Assembly (NCBI GenBank): GCA_020137815.1
Contig: CM035355.1
Location: 1,798,001-1,862,000 of the forward strand
Direction: 5' to 3'
Source of the DNA: Hormiphora californensis
Taxonomy: Eukaryota; Animalia; Ctenophora
DNA length: 64,000 nt
Shown piece after piece: positions 38,301 through 50,300 of this stretch (positions are counted from its first letter, which is position 1; each line of letters starts with the position of its first letter). The position numbers and the translations under genes are program-made. Under the pieces are notes generated by a model, which did no database searches, was not told the DNA's origin, and saw only the letters and a list, made by a program, of their open reading frames with translations.

Positions 38301-41300
38301 CAAAAAATACAAAAAAATACAAAAAATACAAAAAAATATACTGCTGAAGGGAACTTCTTTAGGGCCCCCTATAAGTCTCTAGAGGTTTGCGGGGTCCTTA
38401 TACTGGCCTGTATAGCCCTCTAGTTTCGTAGTACTCATAATCCCATGCTTTTTCCATGCGAACATTACCATGATTAAGTTATTCTAGACCTGAACTTGCT
38501 CCAAATCCTAGTTGGGTAACAGCAAAATATGTCGGGATAGTGCCCAAGCTTTATTTTCTGATGAAATTTCATTTTTCGGCCGAATATGCCTACTTATTCC
38601 CCCTCATGCCTGGAAAAAGGAGGCATAAGCAGGCCGAAAAACTGAAAAAGCCGAATCGGCCTCTCTCCCCCGGCCAGTTGTGCGCGCGCTACATTATATA
38701 CTCTCAAATCGCAGTCTATTCAGTTCCCCCATGGTGTAGTGGTTATCGCATATACTTGACACGCAGAAGGTCCCGGGTTCGAAACTCGCCTGGATCATTT
38801 TTTTCAAAACTTTTTAAATACTAACACTTGGTATAGCACTAAGTGTAAATCAATTAATTTCAAAAACTCGACCGTTTTTTAGACTATTAAATTAAAGTTC
38901 CACTATCTTGAACTATTATCAAACTAACTTAGACCACTGGAAAAAATCGGCCAAAATGGGGATAAATTTTGGCCATTCTCGGCCAAAAAATATGCTGGGA
39001 CACCGGGTTAGTAAGACTTGTTCTAGTTAGGAGTCGTGGGGACGGGGAATGGTAAAATAAACTAAATAAACACTCTAGAGGCCTTTAAAGGCCAATAGAA
39101 GGACCTCGAGCGCCTCTAGAGACCTGTAGAAGGCACCAAAGAAGTTCCCGACAGCAGTAAACTTTTTTGTATTTTTTTGTATTTTTTTGTATTTTTTGTA
39201 CGGACCGTACAAAAAAATATTGCCTGCTTTTTCCGTACATCCGTACACAAAAATGGTTGATACCCCCCCGGTTTGCGCTGTCTCCTGCACACCTCGAAAG
39301 TCGAAACTTATTTCAGAATGTATAGCGTGAGAACGAGTCTGGTGCACGCAGGGTTTGAGTAACTTTGGGAGGGTTACTCAAGTAAAGTTAGTTACTTCTT
39401 TAAGGTAAACTTACACTTAGGTTTGGTGTAGGAACTGAGTGTTGTGCACTTCATGGTAATCTCAGTTTTACCAGTCGACACCTTACACACAGTGAACTTG
39501 TACATCTTACCACAGAAATTAACAGTATGACCTGAAGTAGAAATATATATATACATGTATATGGTAATATATGGTAAAATCCTGTAAATTTGTAGAGGGG
39601 ACAGGGAAAAGTGGTTAAATCATGTTGTTGAGTAATCAGGAGAAAAAATGTTTTTGAGGGGAGTGTTTAAGTGGTTATATTGGACACGTGGGAAATGATC
39701 AAGAGAGGTGTGGTTAAGAGTGAAATAGTGGGAGGGATGGTAAAGAGGTAATATTGCCTCTTTACTATCCAGTATCCCTCCCACTCATATGAGTTATTGA
39801 GTTACACGGTTGAAGACATGGGAAATCTTTTGGGCTCCCTGGGATTAATGAGAGGAAATAGACACGCTATATTTTATGAAAACATAACCTATCCATTGGG
39901 AGCGCCCCCATAAAAAAGTCGCTTGGCAAATTCCCTCGTCGCTCGGCAATTGGTTCGGCAACAACAGGTGGTTTGCCGAGCCAGTCGCTCGGCTAATCAA
40001 GGAAGTCTCCGTGATTTCACCGCGTTCTTACAGAAAAAGCACATTTTTTTAGCACTTTGTATTTTTCAGCAGGAGATTTTGAAAAAAAGTGCTGAAAAAA
40101 TGTACTTTTTCTGTAAGAACGCGGTGAAAACACGGCGACTTCCTTGATTAGCCGAGCGACTGGCTCGGCAAACCACCTGTTGTTGCCGAACCAATTGCCG
40201 AGCGACGAGGGAATTTGCCAAGCGACTTTTTTATGGGGGCGCCCACATGTGGACAATTGGGACATTCTAAACCCAGATCCCACCTTTACTATAACAGTTT
40301 ACGACTGGTTTGGTAAATCAACTATTGCTATTGATCATAACATAAAACGTACCCATTGGATCCTTCTTCCAACACTTTTTAACAGTTGAAATATCTCCCT
40401 TTAGCTTATATCCCTTGTACTTCTTGCACTGAAATGAAAGGTTAAAGTAGGTCTCATATGGATTGAAGTATTACGCATTTTTGAACGCACGTGTAAACAT
40501 CTACGTACCTGGGGAGTGTACTTCTCGGTGAGATACTTCACAAAGTTCTTAGTATACATGGCCTTTAGGTTTGTCTTTCCGAGGCAGTTCAGCTTAGTAG
40601 AGGTGGTCAGCTTCTTGCACTTCATCACCTGCTTTCCTGTAATTAGGGGTTAGGATGGTATTGGGGGTTCATTAATACTGGGGATCGTTTTAGGATTCGG
40701 AGCAGGAGTGTGGACTGACGAAGCATTTGAAATGAATGCATTTTAGTAAGGGCCACTAAGTCAGTAAGCATGCAAGATATGAGCATGGTAAGATTCGTTA
40801 CTTTATCTAGGAGAGAGAGCAGGTTCACTAGGCCCTTGTTTACCGCAGACTGACTTAGTGGCCTCATTTAGTAGGAATTCTCAAAACATCATTCTGACCT
40901 ACTAAATTCCATATCATATGATTGCTTGCTAAACTAATTTAAAAAGGGCTCTGATTGAAATCACTTACCCTTGACGGTGCTGATAGTACACAGGTTGTAA
41001 GTGTACAAGGTTGACACATTTCTGGAACTTGACCTTGTTTCCATAACTCTTGGCATAGCACTTCTCTTTGGTTTTAACCGCTCCGTTGATCGTGTACTTC
41101 TTTTTCTTCCAGGTAGCACACTGGATGGAATAAATGTGTGTAAATAGGGAGGCAAGGGCTAAATGTGGAATTTCGCTAGCCCATAAAAGGGATGGGAGTA
41201 AAAGCTACGGAGCTAATGAGTACATGGCGATGGTACAGGTTATTGTGTTTGTTACCTTGGTAACAGTTCATGTGTTTGTTTGTTACCTTGGTGATGAACT

Positions 41301-44300
41301 TCTTGGTTGTCTTGGTGAACCAGATGTTAAACTTCTTCTTGAGCCCACTCTTCATATCCAGTTTCTTGAAGCAGCCGGGCTTGTCCCAAGTCGTGGCCTT
41401 GACGCACTTGGTCATCAGTGTATCACCTGTTATAATGGAAGTGGGATAAGTTAATCTACAGATTACAGAGTAAAGAATGCCCGAGCTGTTTGCCGCAGCT
41501 AACTCACACCACAAGGTGACATGATATTGTCTGTTGGTTACTATTGGTTAATGGTTACTTTTGATTACTACTGAACCATGTTCTACATCATGTACCTTTG
41601 TCGATGACCTTGCACACGGTGAAGTTGTGAAGAGCATGACACTTGCTGAAGGAGTACTGCTCACCATAAGCCTTCTTCCAGCACTTATCTTCCTTGGTGA
41701 TAGCCCCCTTACTAAAGGAGAGAGAAATAAGGTTAAGTATTATTAGTCGTTTCCATAGCCATTGGCCACAATGATTTCCATGGTAACAGCAGAAACGGTA
41801 ACCATAGCAATGTATGCACTTACAGCTTGTAGCCCTTGTACTTGGTGCAGACACTGGGATACTTTTTCTTGATGGACGCGTAGTATTTGTTCCAGGCCTT
41901 GGTAAACATGAGTTTCTCGTTGGGCTTGTGTAGACACTTGGGTGCGGTCCAAGAGAAACACTGCTGACACTTCAACTTGTATGCTGTTGAGGAATGAGGG
42001 GGTAGGGGGTGTCGTATTGTGGGGGGGGGGGCAATAGTGATGCTAGACTGTAACAAATTTTATGTAATATTTAGTTTGGAGTTACTAATAAGAAGTTACT
42101 ACTTACTCTTGTCAGGCATGATGTAGGAAATGGTTTTGGGTTTACACCGAACAACCTTCGTGTCCTTGGAATAGTCAGCCTTGTACGCCTTCCTCTTCTT
42201 CTTCTTCCTCCTACGCCTCTTCTTCCTCTTTCCCTTACCACGCCTCCTCCTACGTCGCCTCCTCCTTCGCCTTCTACGTCGCCTCCTTCGGCCCTTTCTC
42301 CGCCTTCTTCGGCCCTTTCTTCGCCTTCTTCGGCCCTTTCTTCCCCTCCTTCGGCCCTTTCTTCCCCTCCTTCGGCCCTTTCTCCGCCTTCTTCGGCCCT
42401 TTCTTCCCCTTCTTCGGCCCTTTCTTCGTCTCCTTCCCTTACCCTTCCTTCTCCTTCTTCCCTTACCCTTTCGTCGTCTTCTTCTTCCCTTACCCTTCCT
42501 TCGTCTCCTTCCCTTACCCTTTCTTCGTCTTCTTCTTCCCTTACCCTTCCTTCGCCTTCCTCGACCCCTCCTTCGCCTTCCTCGACCCCTCCTTCGCCTT
42601 CCTCGACCCCTTCTTCGTCGTCTCCGTCTCTCAACCTCGGCAAGGTCTGCCTCCAGTTCGGAGAGCATCTCAACCTCGCCAGGTGCATCCTCAACGGGAG
42701 AGAAGAGATCTCTCTTTGCCAAGTTAACCATCTGAGAAACTGCCGCTTGCTGCTGCTGCTGCTGCAGGTTACACTTAGTCCACGGGAGCACGGGGAAATA
42801 ACCCTCTGAAGAGAAATATATCGCTCTTAGATTCTTGGAATTTGGATATGAAATCAAGAATTCTATGAAATATTAAAATAATTCCGTTAAATTGAATTTC
42901 GATGATATTACTGTTAGGTATTAACGTACTTGGTCGAGGGCAGATATTATAGGTGTACATTTTGTGGCACACTTGAATTTGGGAGCCTCCGATTTTATTG
43001 GCACAAGTTTTTGTGTAGCACTTTTTCACCTGGGAAGCACCTGGAGCAGAAACAAGAATTAAACATGACTGTTGTAACCATGGTAACACAGGGGTAACAT
43101 AGCAACACACAACTCAACTTACATCCTTGGACAAAGTGAGTCTTGTCCTTCTTGCACAGAGGCTTCAGCTTGTTTTTCACAGATGCAGTACACTTAGCCT
43201 TCAGTTTCTTAGTGAGCTTGAACACAGGTTCCTTGACCACAACGAACTTCTTGTAGCCTGATAATAGAGAATGGATTTGAATCAGCAGAAGTATTCCGCC
43301 ATGGCAAATGTAGAATAAATGAATTTGTCGTCATGGTTACCTGTTGGCTTGTAAGTGGTGTAAACTTCACTACATTTCTCATCAAGATCGCACATAGTGA
43401 CCGTGTAGACGAGCTCAGCAGAACTAGCAATTCCGGAACATTTCTTCTTCTTTTTCCCCTTACTCACAGATTTCACCTAGTAAATAAAGGAATTGTTGGA
43501 AATTGTGTTCTGTACACTGGCCAAAACAAAATGTGATTGTCAAAGACGAATTCAAAACGATTTGGAGAACTTATTAACCTGATATTCATCAGCGGGGCGG
43601 TAGAGTTTCAAATACTTCTGGTCACGTTTCACCATCATAATGGAAATATGCTTGTTCCTTCCTTCAAATGCCAGGGCTGCAAAGAGAAGAAAATGTTTAT
43701 AAAGGAGCACATTTCATCACTTTGCGAAAATTACCTTTAGGGAAGGAAGATGATATGGTTTTGTAACAATCCTCGCTGATCTCCTTTCCCTTCAGTTTGC
43801 AGGTCTCATAACGATACCAACAAACACACTTCTTCTTGCCTCCACATTTCTCCTTGATGGTACTCACAACGACGTACTGTTTGGCATTCAAGTAGGCTGC
43901 AGAAAGAGGGAGGGTTTAGAAAATAAGGAATTTAGAAAACAGGAAATTTAGAAAATAGGGAATTTAGAAAACTGAATTTAGTCACAGTCGTTTTAAAGGA
44001 ATTAATCTACATATATCTCACCCAAATCAGTTCGTTTGCTGTAAACTATCTTAGTGTTTCCACTCTTCTTGTTCACAAAAGTGTGCTTTATGTAGTCTTT
44101 AGCGTTCTTGGCCTTGCAGTCAGCTTTTTCTGAAAAGATGTAACCATGGCCCCTCTTTTGAAGGAAGACTCAATAAATTTCGGCCAGTGAATAGATCGGG
44201 ATAATTGCAACGATAATTATCAGGAAACAAAGACATTCCGTCGTTCCATTGCATACAAACTTGGTCTAATCGATTATCGAGACCCTATAACCATTGCCTT

Positions 44301-47300
44301 AGTCCACAACATATGCAGAGTTTTTTCATAGTCCTTTCAACTTTATTTGAAAAGAATGTCTAGGACTAATAACCGTGACGCCGCCCCATGTGGCCCATGT
44401 TTGTGTACTTACTGGCAGTGGGTTTCTGGTGGCACAGCATGGCGTCCGTTTTGGCCTTTAACTTCCACGACTTGAGCGAGTACTTCTTCGCTAGGAGCTT
44501 CGGCTTCACAATGGTGACATATTTCCTGAAGTAGACAAATATTGGTGAATTCAGGAAGCGGCAAGCATCTCCGACTGAAGAGTCGAGTGGAAGAAAAGAA
44601 GCGTGCCTGCTATTTTACAAAGAAAGGTATCAGTAAGATTAACTTACGCGTAAGGAATCTCATCAGCAGTCATTAGGTTCATGTTGCTGGAGATTATCAT
44701 GGGTTTCTTGATTCCATAAAGACCGACGGGAGTGAATCCAGTCTTCACCTTTTTACATGGTTTCTTTCCTCCCTTGCACACCTTGAACGTGTAGATCTTG
44801 ATGGTTTTCCTGTTCTTGTATTCGCCCACGGCACTACAGTACTTTGTACGGCCCTTGCGAACCCCTGAAACAGAAAAGTGTGATTGTTGAATAGTACCGG
44901 AATGACCCGAGGAAAACTGAGAAGATTAGCAGAGGTTTTTTGGAAAAGGATAGTTAGTTTGATGAATCTCAATGAACTTACATCCGGTTGCTTTCCATTT
45001 TTTCTTGTTGTACTTGGTGGTGATGTAAGATTTCTTACTGTATATCATGATCTCGTTGATCTTTGCAGACTTGCCCTTGTACGCAAAAGCTGAATGGGGG
45101 GTAAATTAGTTTAATTGAAACTTACTATTAAATTGAAATCGTTATTTTAAATGTTGTTTGTATAGGTTTTTCCCATCCGTATCCGTGGAAATCTAACAAG
45201 AACATGTACCTTTAGGGAAAGTACTATCAATGGCCTTGACACAGTATTTTGCACTCTGGCAAGCCTTATATCGGTACCAGCAGACACATTTGTTTTTCTT
45301 GATCTTGCATTTCTTCACCACCTTTCCAGCGATGTACCACTTCTTCGTTGGAGTGAGGTGCGCTGGGAGAATACGAGGTTGTTAGGGAAATCCGTCAAAA
45401 TGGTGGAAATTTCAGCGGAATTACATGAGAGAAAAAGAGATGATATTCTAAAGAATTCAATTTAATGAGTGTGGGTGAGGAAGGGATAAAGTGACGGGGA
45501 AGTCAGGGTGGAGTTAAGTAGCATAATGGTTAGGTGGGGGTTATAATTCATATTATAATGCAACTGTCAACTTTAGAGAAGAGAGATAGATACTAGATAG
45601 TAGAAAGGAGAGTACTTTTAGATGAAGCTTCTTCTTAATTTAGCAATGTGTGTGTCAGCGAAGAACAAATTTTATGATTAGGTGGCAGAAGTAAGTGAAG
45701 CTCGAGAGATAGATGAAGCTTTTCTTCTTAAAAACTGTTAATCTGTCTTAATTTGCTTAATATATGATTGGATTGGATAGTTTTAATAAAATATGATAAT
45801 GTAAAATATGCTTATGTTAATGTACTCACATGATGGAACACGTTTCACGTAGACCGTCGAACATTTCTTGGTGTTTTTGTTGAGGCACATTTTCAGCGAA
45901 TAATAGTCCTGTCTATTTTTATCCTGACACTTTTTCTTCTCTGAAAAGAGGGATGGTTCAATGGTATACTTCTAATTTTAACTTAAACTATATATATTTC
46001 ATCAACTTATTTGGTAGCTTACTTTTTGGGAGCTTTTTGATCTTGCAAATCGTCGCGGGTGATATTTCTGAAACGGTATATTTTTAGAAGCTGCTACGTT
46101 CAACCAACGTAGGTGCTGCCACACCTTTTTGTAGATTATCTTTGTCTCAACCCTTTCAAAGATGTCCTTCCTTCCCTACCCCACCTCCATGTTATGATAC
46201 TTTTGCTAATTACTATTTATAAAGTCAAATTCAACCATTTTGAACTCACTTCCTTTGATAGTGTATTTTGAGAGGGGGTACTTGACAGCCATTTCCTTCG
46301 GAGAGTAGATGTAGTTCTTAACCGCGGGTCGGTAGGGGAATCCTTCCAAACTTGTCTTCATTAGAATCACCTTAACCTTCTTCACCTTGTACGCTAGATT
46401 TGTTCAGGTGTTAGTTTTTGCCTTAACACACTTACTTTTTTCGAAGGTATGATTATTGTTCGTTTTGAGCTCTGGTTTGAGTCGGTTTGCAGGGTTCAAC
46501 ACGGGGCCTGGCTCTGCCAAACAGTGTGTAACTGAGTATATTGCCTTACTTGGTGGTTTGTACTTGGTGACCCAAACTTTGCAGAATTTCCCATTGCTCT
46601 TGCAGATCTTGTATCTCCATTTTCCTTTCTTCGTCTTTCTCAACTCTGTAAATGAGGGCGGTCAAATTCAAAATCTCACCGTGATTCATCTTTTTTAATT
46701 CTCTCCTGCTCTCCTCTCCCTGAATCTCTAAATACAACTCGTAAACCGCACAACGTCACGACAATTTCTTTGTCTCCCTCTCTTTCTTTCACTCTCTCTC
46801 TTTCACTCTCTCTCTCGCCCTCTCGTTGTCTAGCATCTTTTCTCACACAGCCAAGATTGTAATAACCATCATTTGGAATGTAAAACGTCTATAATGATTG
46901 CTTTTTAGTTCCACTATGGTACCTGTCTTTCTGTACTTGACTCTCTCGTTTGGTTTGGATTGATCAAACCAGAGAGAGAGAGAGAGAGAGCAAGAGATAG
47001 AGATTTAAATCACTATACCTATGATATCTCTCATTACATTGTCTCTCTTTATCTCTCTTTATCTATACCTCTCTGTCTCCCTACCCTCCCATCTGTCTAT
47101 CTCCCTCTCATTTTCAGTATACGTACTTCCTTTGCGGACATAGACGTTCTTGTCGTATTTCAGGATCATATACCGAACATGATGACGCACCATTTGGTCC
47201 GTGATCTGCTTTGTAGTTCCCTTGTACTCCAGATCTGCAATCAAAGAAGTTGTTAGGTAGAGGAGTGTTTGAAATGTTGATATAAATTTAACAAAAGTAG

Positions 47301-50300
47301 TCGCGGTTATATTCCCTAAAATTAGGTATAAATTACCGTAGGGGAAAGCACGGGACTTTGTAGTAAAGCAGGAGGAGAGCTTCTTGGCATTGCAAGCGGT
47401 GAACTTCCAGAAGCATCGGCCTCCTCTTCCACCACGTCGTCTTTTACCACCCTTCCTTCGTCTTCCCTTTCTTCTCCTTCGTTTTCCCTTCCTGCGTCGT
47501 CCTTTGCCCCTTCGACGTCTTCCCTTCCTGCGACGTCCTTTGCCCCTTCGACGTCTCCTTCGACGTCCTTTCCTTCCACGTCTCCTTCGACGTCCTTTCC
47601 TTCCACGTCTCCTTCGACGTCGCCCTTTGCCCCTTCCACGTCTCCTTCGACGACCTTTCCTTCCGCGCCTCCTTCGTCGTCCTTTCCTTCCACGTCTCCT
47701 TCGACGACCTTTCCTTCCACGCCTCCTTCGACGTCCTTTCCTTCCACCCCTCCTTCGTCGTCCTTTCCTTCCACGCCTCCTTCGTCGCCCCTTCTTTCCA
47801 CGCCTGCCCTTACCTCTCCTTCCACGCCTACCCTTGCGACACTTCCGTACAATAGCTGAAAATTGGTTGAAACATCATCTCCTGGAAACTACAATTCGAC
47901 ATTAAACAGCAGCTAGATCTATTACCATTACTCGCCCCTTTTACCCCCTTCTACCCTACTCACTCGACTTGACGACATAGCTTTTCCTTGGTTTCATATG
48001 AGAGTAAGGGATAACTCGGGTGTAGACGACAGTGGTTTTCTTCCCCTTCACGAGGGTAACCTTGTAGAACTTCCGGACACGGGCCTTGGCACAATTCTTC
48101 TTTTTGGTGATAGGTTTACCAGCACAGACCTTGGAGTCTTCCATTTCTGGGGAAGGGGAGGGTTACATTAGTTGAAAATATATGGGCGTTGTAATTCTGA
48201 ATGTGTATAATCTAAAGTATCTTTGCTTATAAAGGGATTGCTGGTAAAGCGCTCGACAGGATCAAGATTCTGGAGCTGATTACAAAGTAATACAAGGTTT
48301 TTCAATCGATTGAAAAACCTTGTATTACTTTATAATCTAAAGTATGTAATTAAAAGAATAATATACTTTTGATTGTGTGTGTAGGATATTTCTTGAGGAA
48401 TCGCCTCCATCCAATAATCTTGATGGTAGACCTGTAAATATGAAGTAAAAATATCTAAAACATCTACGACCATCTCATAAATGAACTCGACCGTACTAAT
48501 TTGCCAATGAGATAATAACGCCGGGAATTGAAATCTAATAACCAGCAATGAACTTTCATATCTTCCTCTCAGATATATCCTATTGCTTGAAGTTCATTTG
48601 TCTCAATTACTATCTTTATTTATTGATCTCCCATCTTCTATTTACCGGTATGGAAGTCCATCCAGTGACTTCTTGTAGTAAACCGCCTTGAAGCCCTTGT
48701 AGCCAGTAGGCATGTAGTAAGTTCGGAATTTTCGACAAACCTGTAGGAGATGGGTTAAATTGTTATTATTAGATCTGGAAAAATAAGCGCATTCAAGTGC
48801 GTCATACTATATGTGTCGATGTGGTATTTTATATTGTTGTTACTAATTCCCGTCGCTGTTTCCAATTCCACTCTACTTAATTGATACAAGAAAGTTGGGA
48901 ACATCTAATTATTGGTAACTGTCGTATTATTGGCTGGTAGAACATGTGAACTTGCATTTCTATTGTCACTCAGTTCCACAACTACTACCGGCACTTGCAC
49001 ACAGACACAACTGTCTTACCTTCTTGTTTTTGGCACTGCACAACTTGAAAACCCAGAGCTTTTTGACACGTTTTGGTTTTCCGACCAGGCGCCATTTCAC
49101 AGGATCGTATTTTCTGTGCAGGTACTGGATGTCATATCGGATCATGCGCATTGTGATCGTTTTAGCACCTCCTGAGAATACAGTGATTTTAGAAAGAAAC
49201 ACCAATATTATTGTTAACCCATGAAGGCAAACTAATCCATTGTACAAAATGGCTAGTTATTGAAATTAGTTTTCTTACCAACGAATTTCATTCCCTTGGG
49301 GAACTTTCTGGAGCTAGACCGAGCGCAGTTGGTCCACTTTTTACCCTTCTTCTTGCAAACACGGTACTCGAATCTGATTGAAGGGTTAAAAAACGATTAA
49401 TCAATAAGCCCTTAATCTTTGCATAAAACATAATTTAAACACCATGTATTAATTAATTATTGTTAAAAATAGCTTTGTTACCTGCACTTCTTCTTGCCCC
49501 GCTTCTTTCTGCATCGTGTGCGAATCCTGCCACGGAGCCGGAAGTTCTTTCGAGGTCGGAAGTAACCGAAGGGAATGCCACGAAGGTAGATGGTGACCTT
49601 TTTCTTTGTCTTCGTGTTGAAGAGCACCACTCGGTAGAGCTTGACCACCTTTTTACATTTCGCCTTTTTGGTGCGAGCCTTACCCTTACAAGCCTTGATG
49701 AGTTTCCAGGTTTTGACCCTCCAGATTTTGACCTTGTAGGTACGTCTCGCCTTGGCTTGGGAGAAGATGCGAAGAGTACTTGTGTAGTACAGACCACCAG
49801 CACTCTTTTTGCGAAGCACCTTCTTCTGCCACCTCTTGAAGTCACTAGAGGGAGGGAAACCGATTGAAAATGATCACATTAGGGAGTTTAAAACATAATT
49901 TGCAAATGGCAGTTACACGTATATCAGGTAAGAAAAATACACAACCGCTGATTTACCGATAAAGGCTGAAGCTGTGCCACTTGGCAGCTCCACTAAAGTT
50001 GACATGAGTGATCTTCTTAAATCCAATTCTGTGTCTGTAGGCCGGTTTGGTGACGTGAATTCCGTTCACCACAACGTTAAATCCTCGCTTCAAGTTTCGA
50101 ACAGTGAATGAAAAGTAGGGTTTCTTGGTCTTGAAAGGCCACCTCTTGGGTCTGTACTCCCTTCCCCATCCTCCCTTCTTCGTATTCATCACGATTTGTC
50201 CCCTACCAGCAGGCCTAAAGTCCAGGTGGAACGCAATCTGGAAAATTGACGAACTGTTGGAACTAGCCGGATAACTTAAAAGTAGCATTTCAAAATGTAA

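Noticed and set aside
38723-38797. Functional tRNA-Val gene
   Set aside because: Anticodon stem (TATAC/GCAGA) and acceptor stem do not pair well, and it lies within a transposon.
42190-42630. Stand-alone protamine / sperm nuclear basic protein genes
   Set aside because: The Arg tracts are internal to exons spliced in frame into a signal-peptide-bearing precursor.
42071-42735. Long alternative-frame ORFs (Glu/Gly-rich on -, Leu/Pro/Arg-rich on +), also at 47322-47905 and 52929-53489
   Set aside because: By-products of stop-free purine-rich repeats; only the Arg-rich frame is in phase with the flanking exons.
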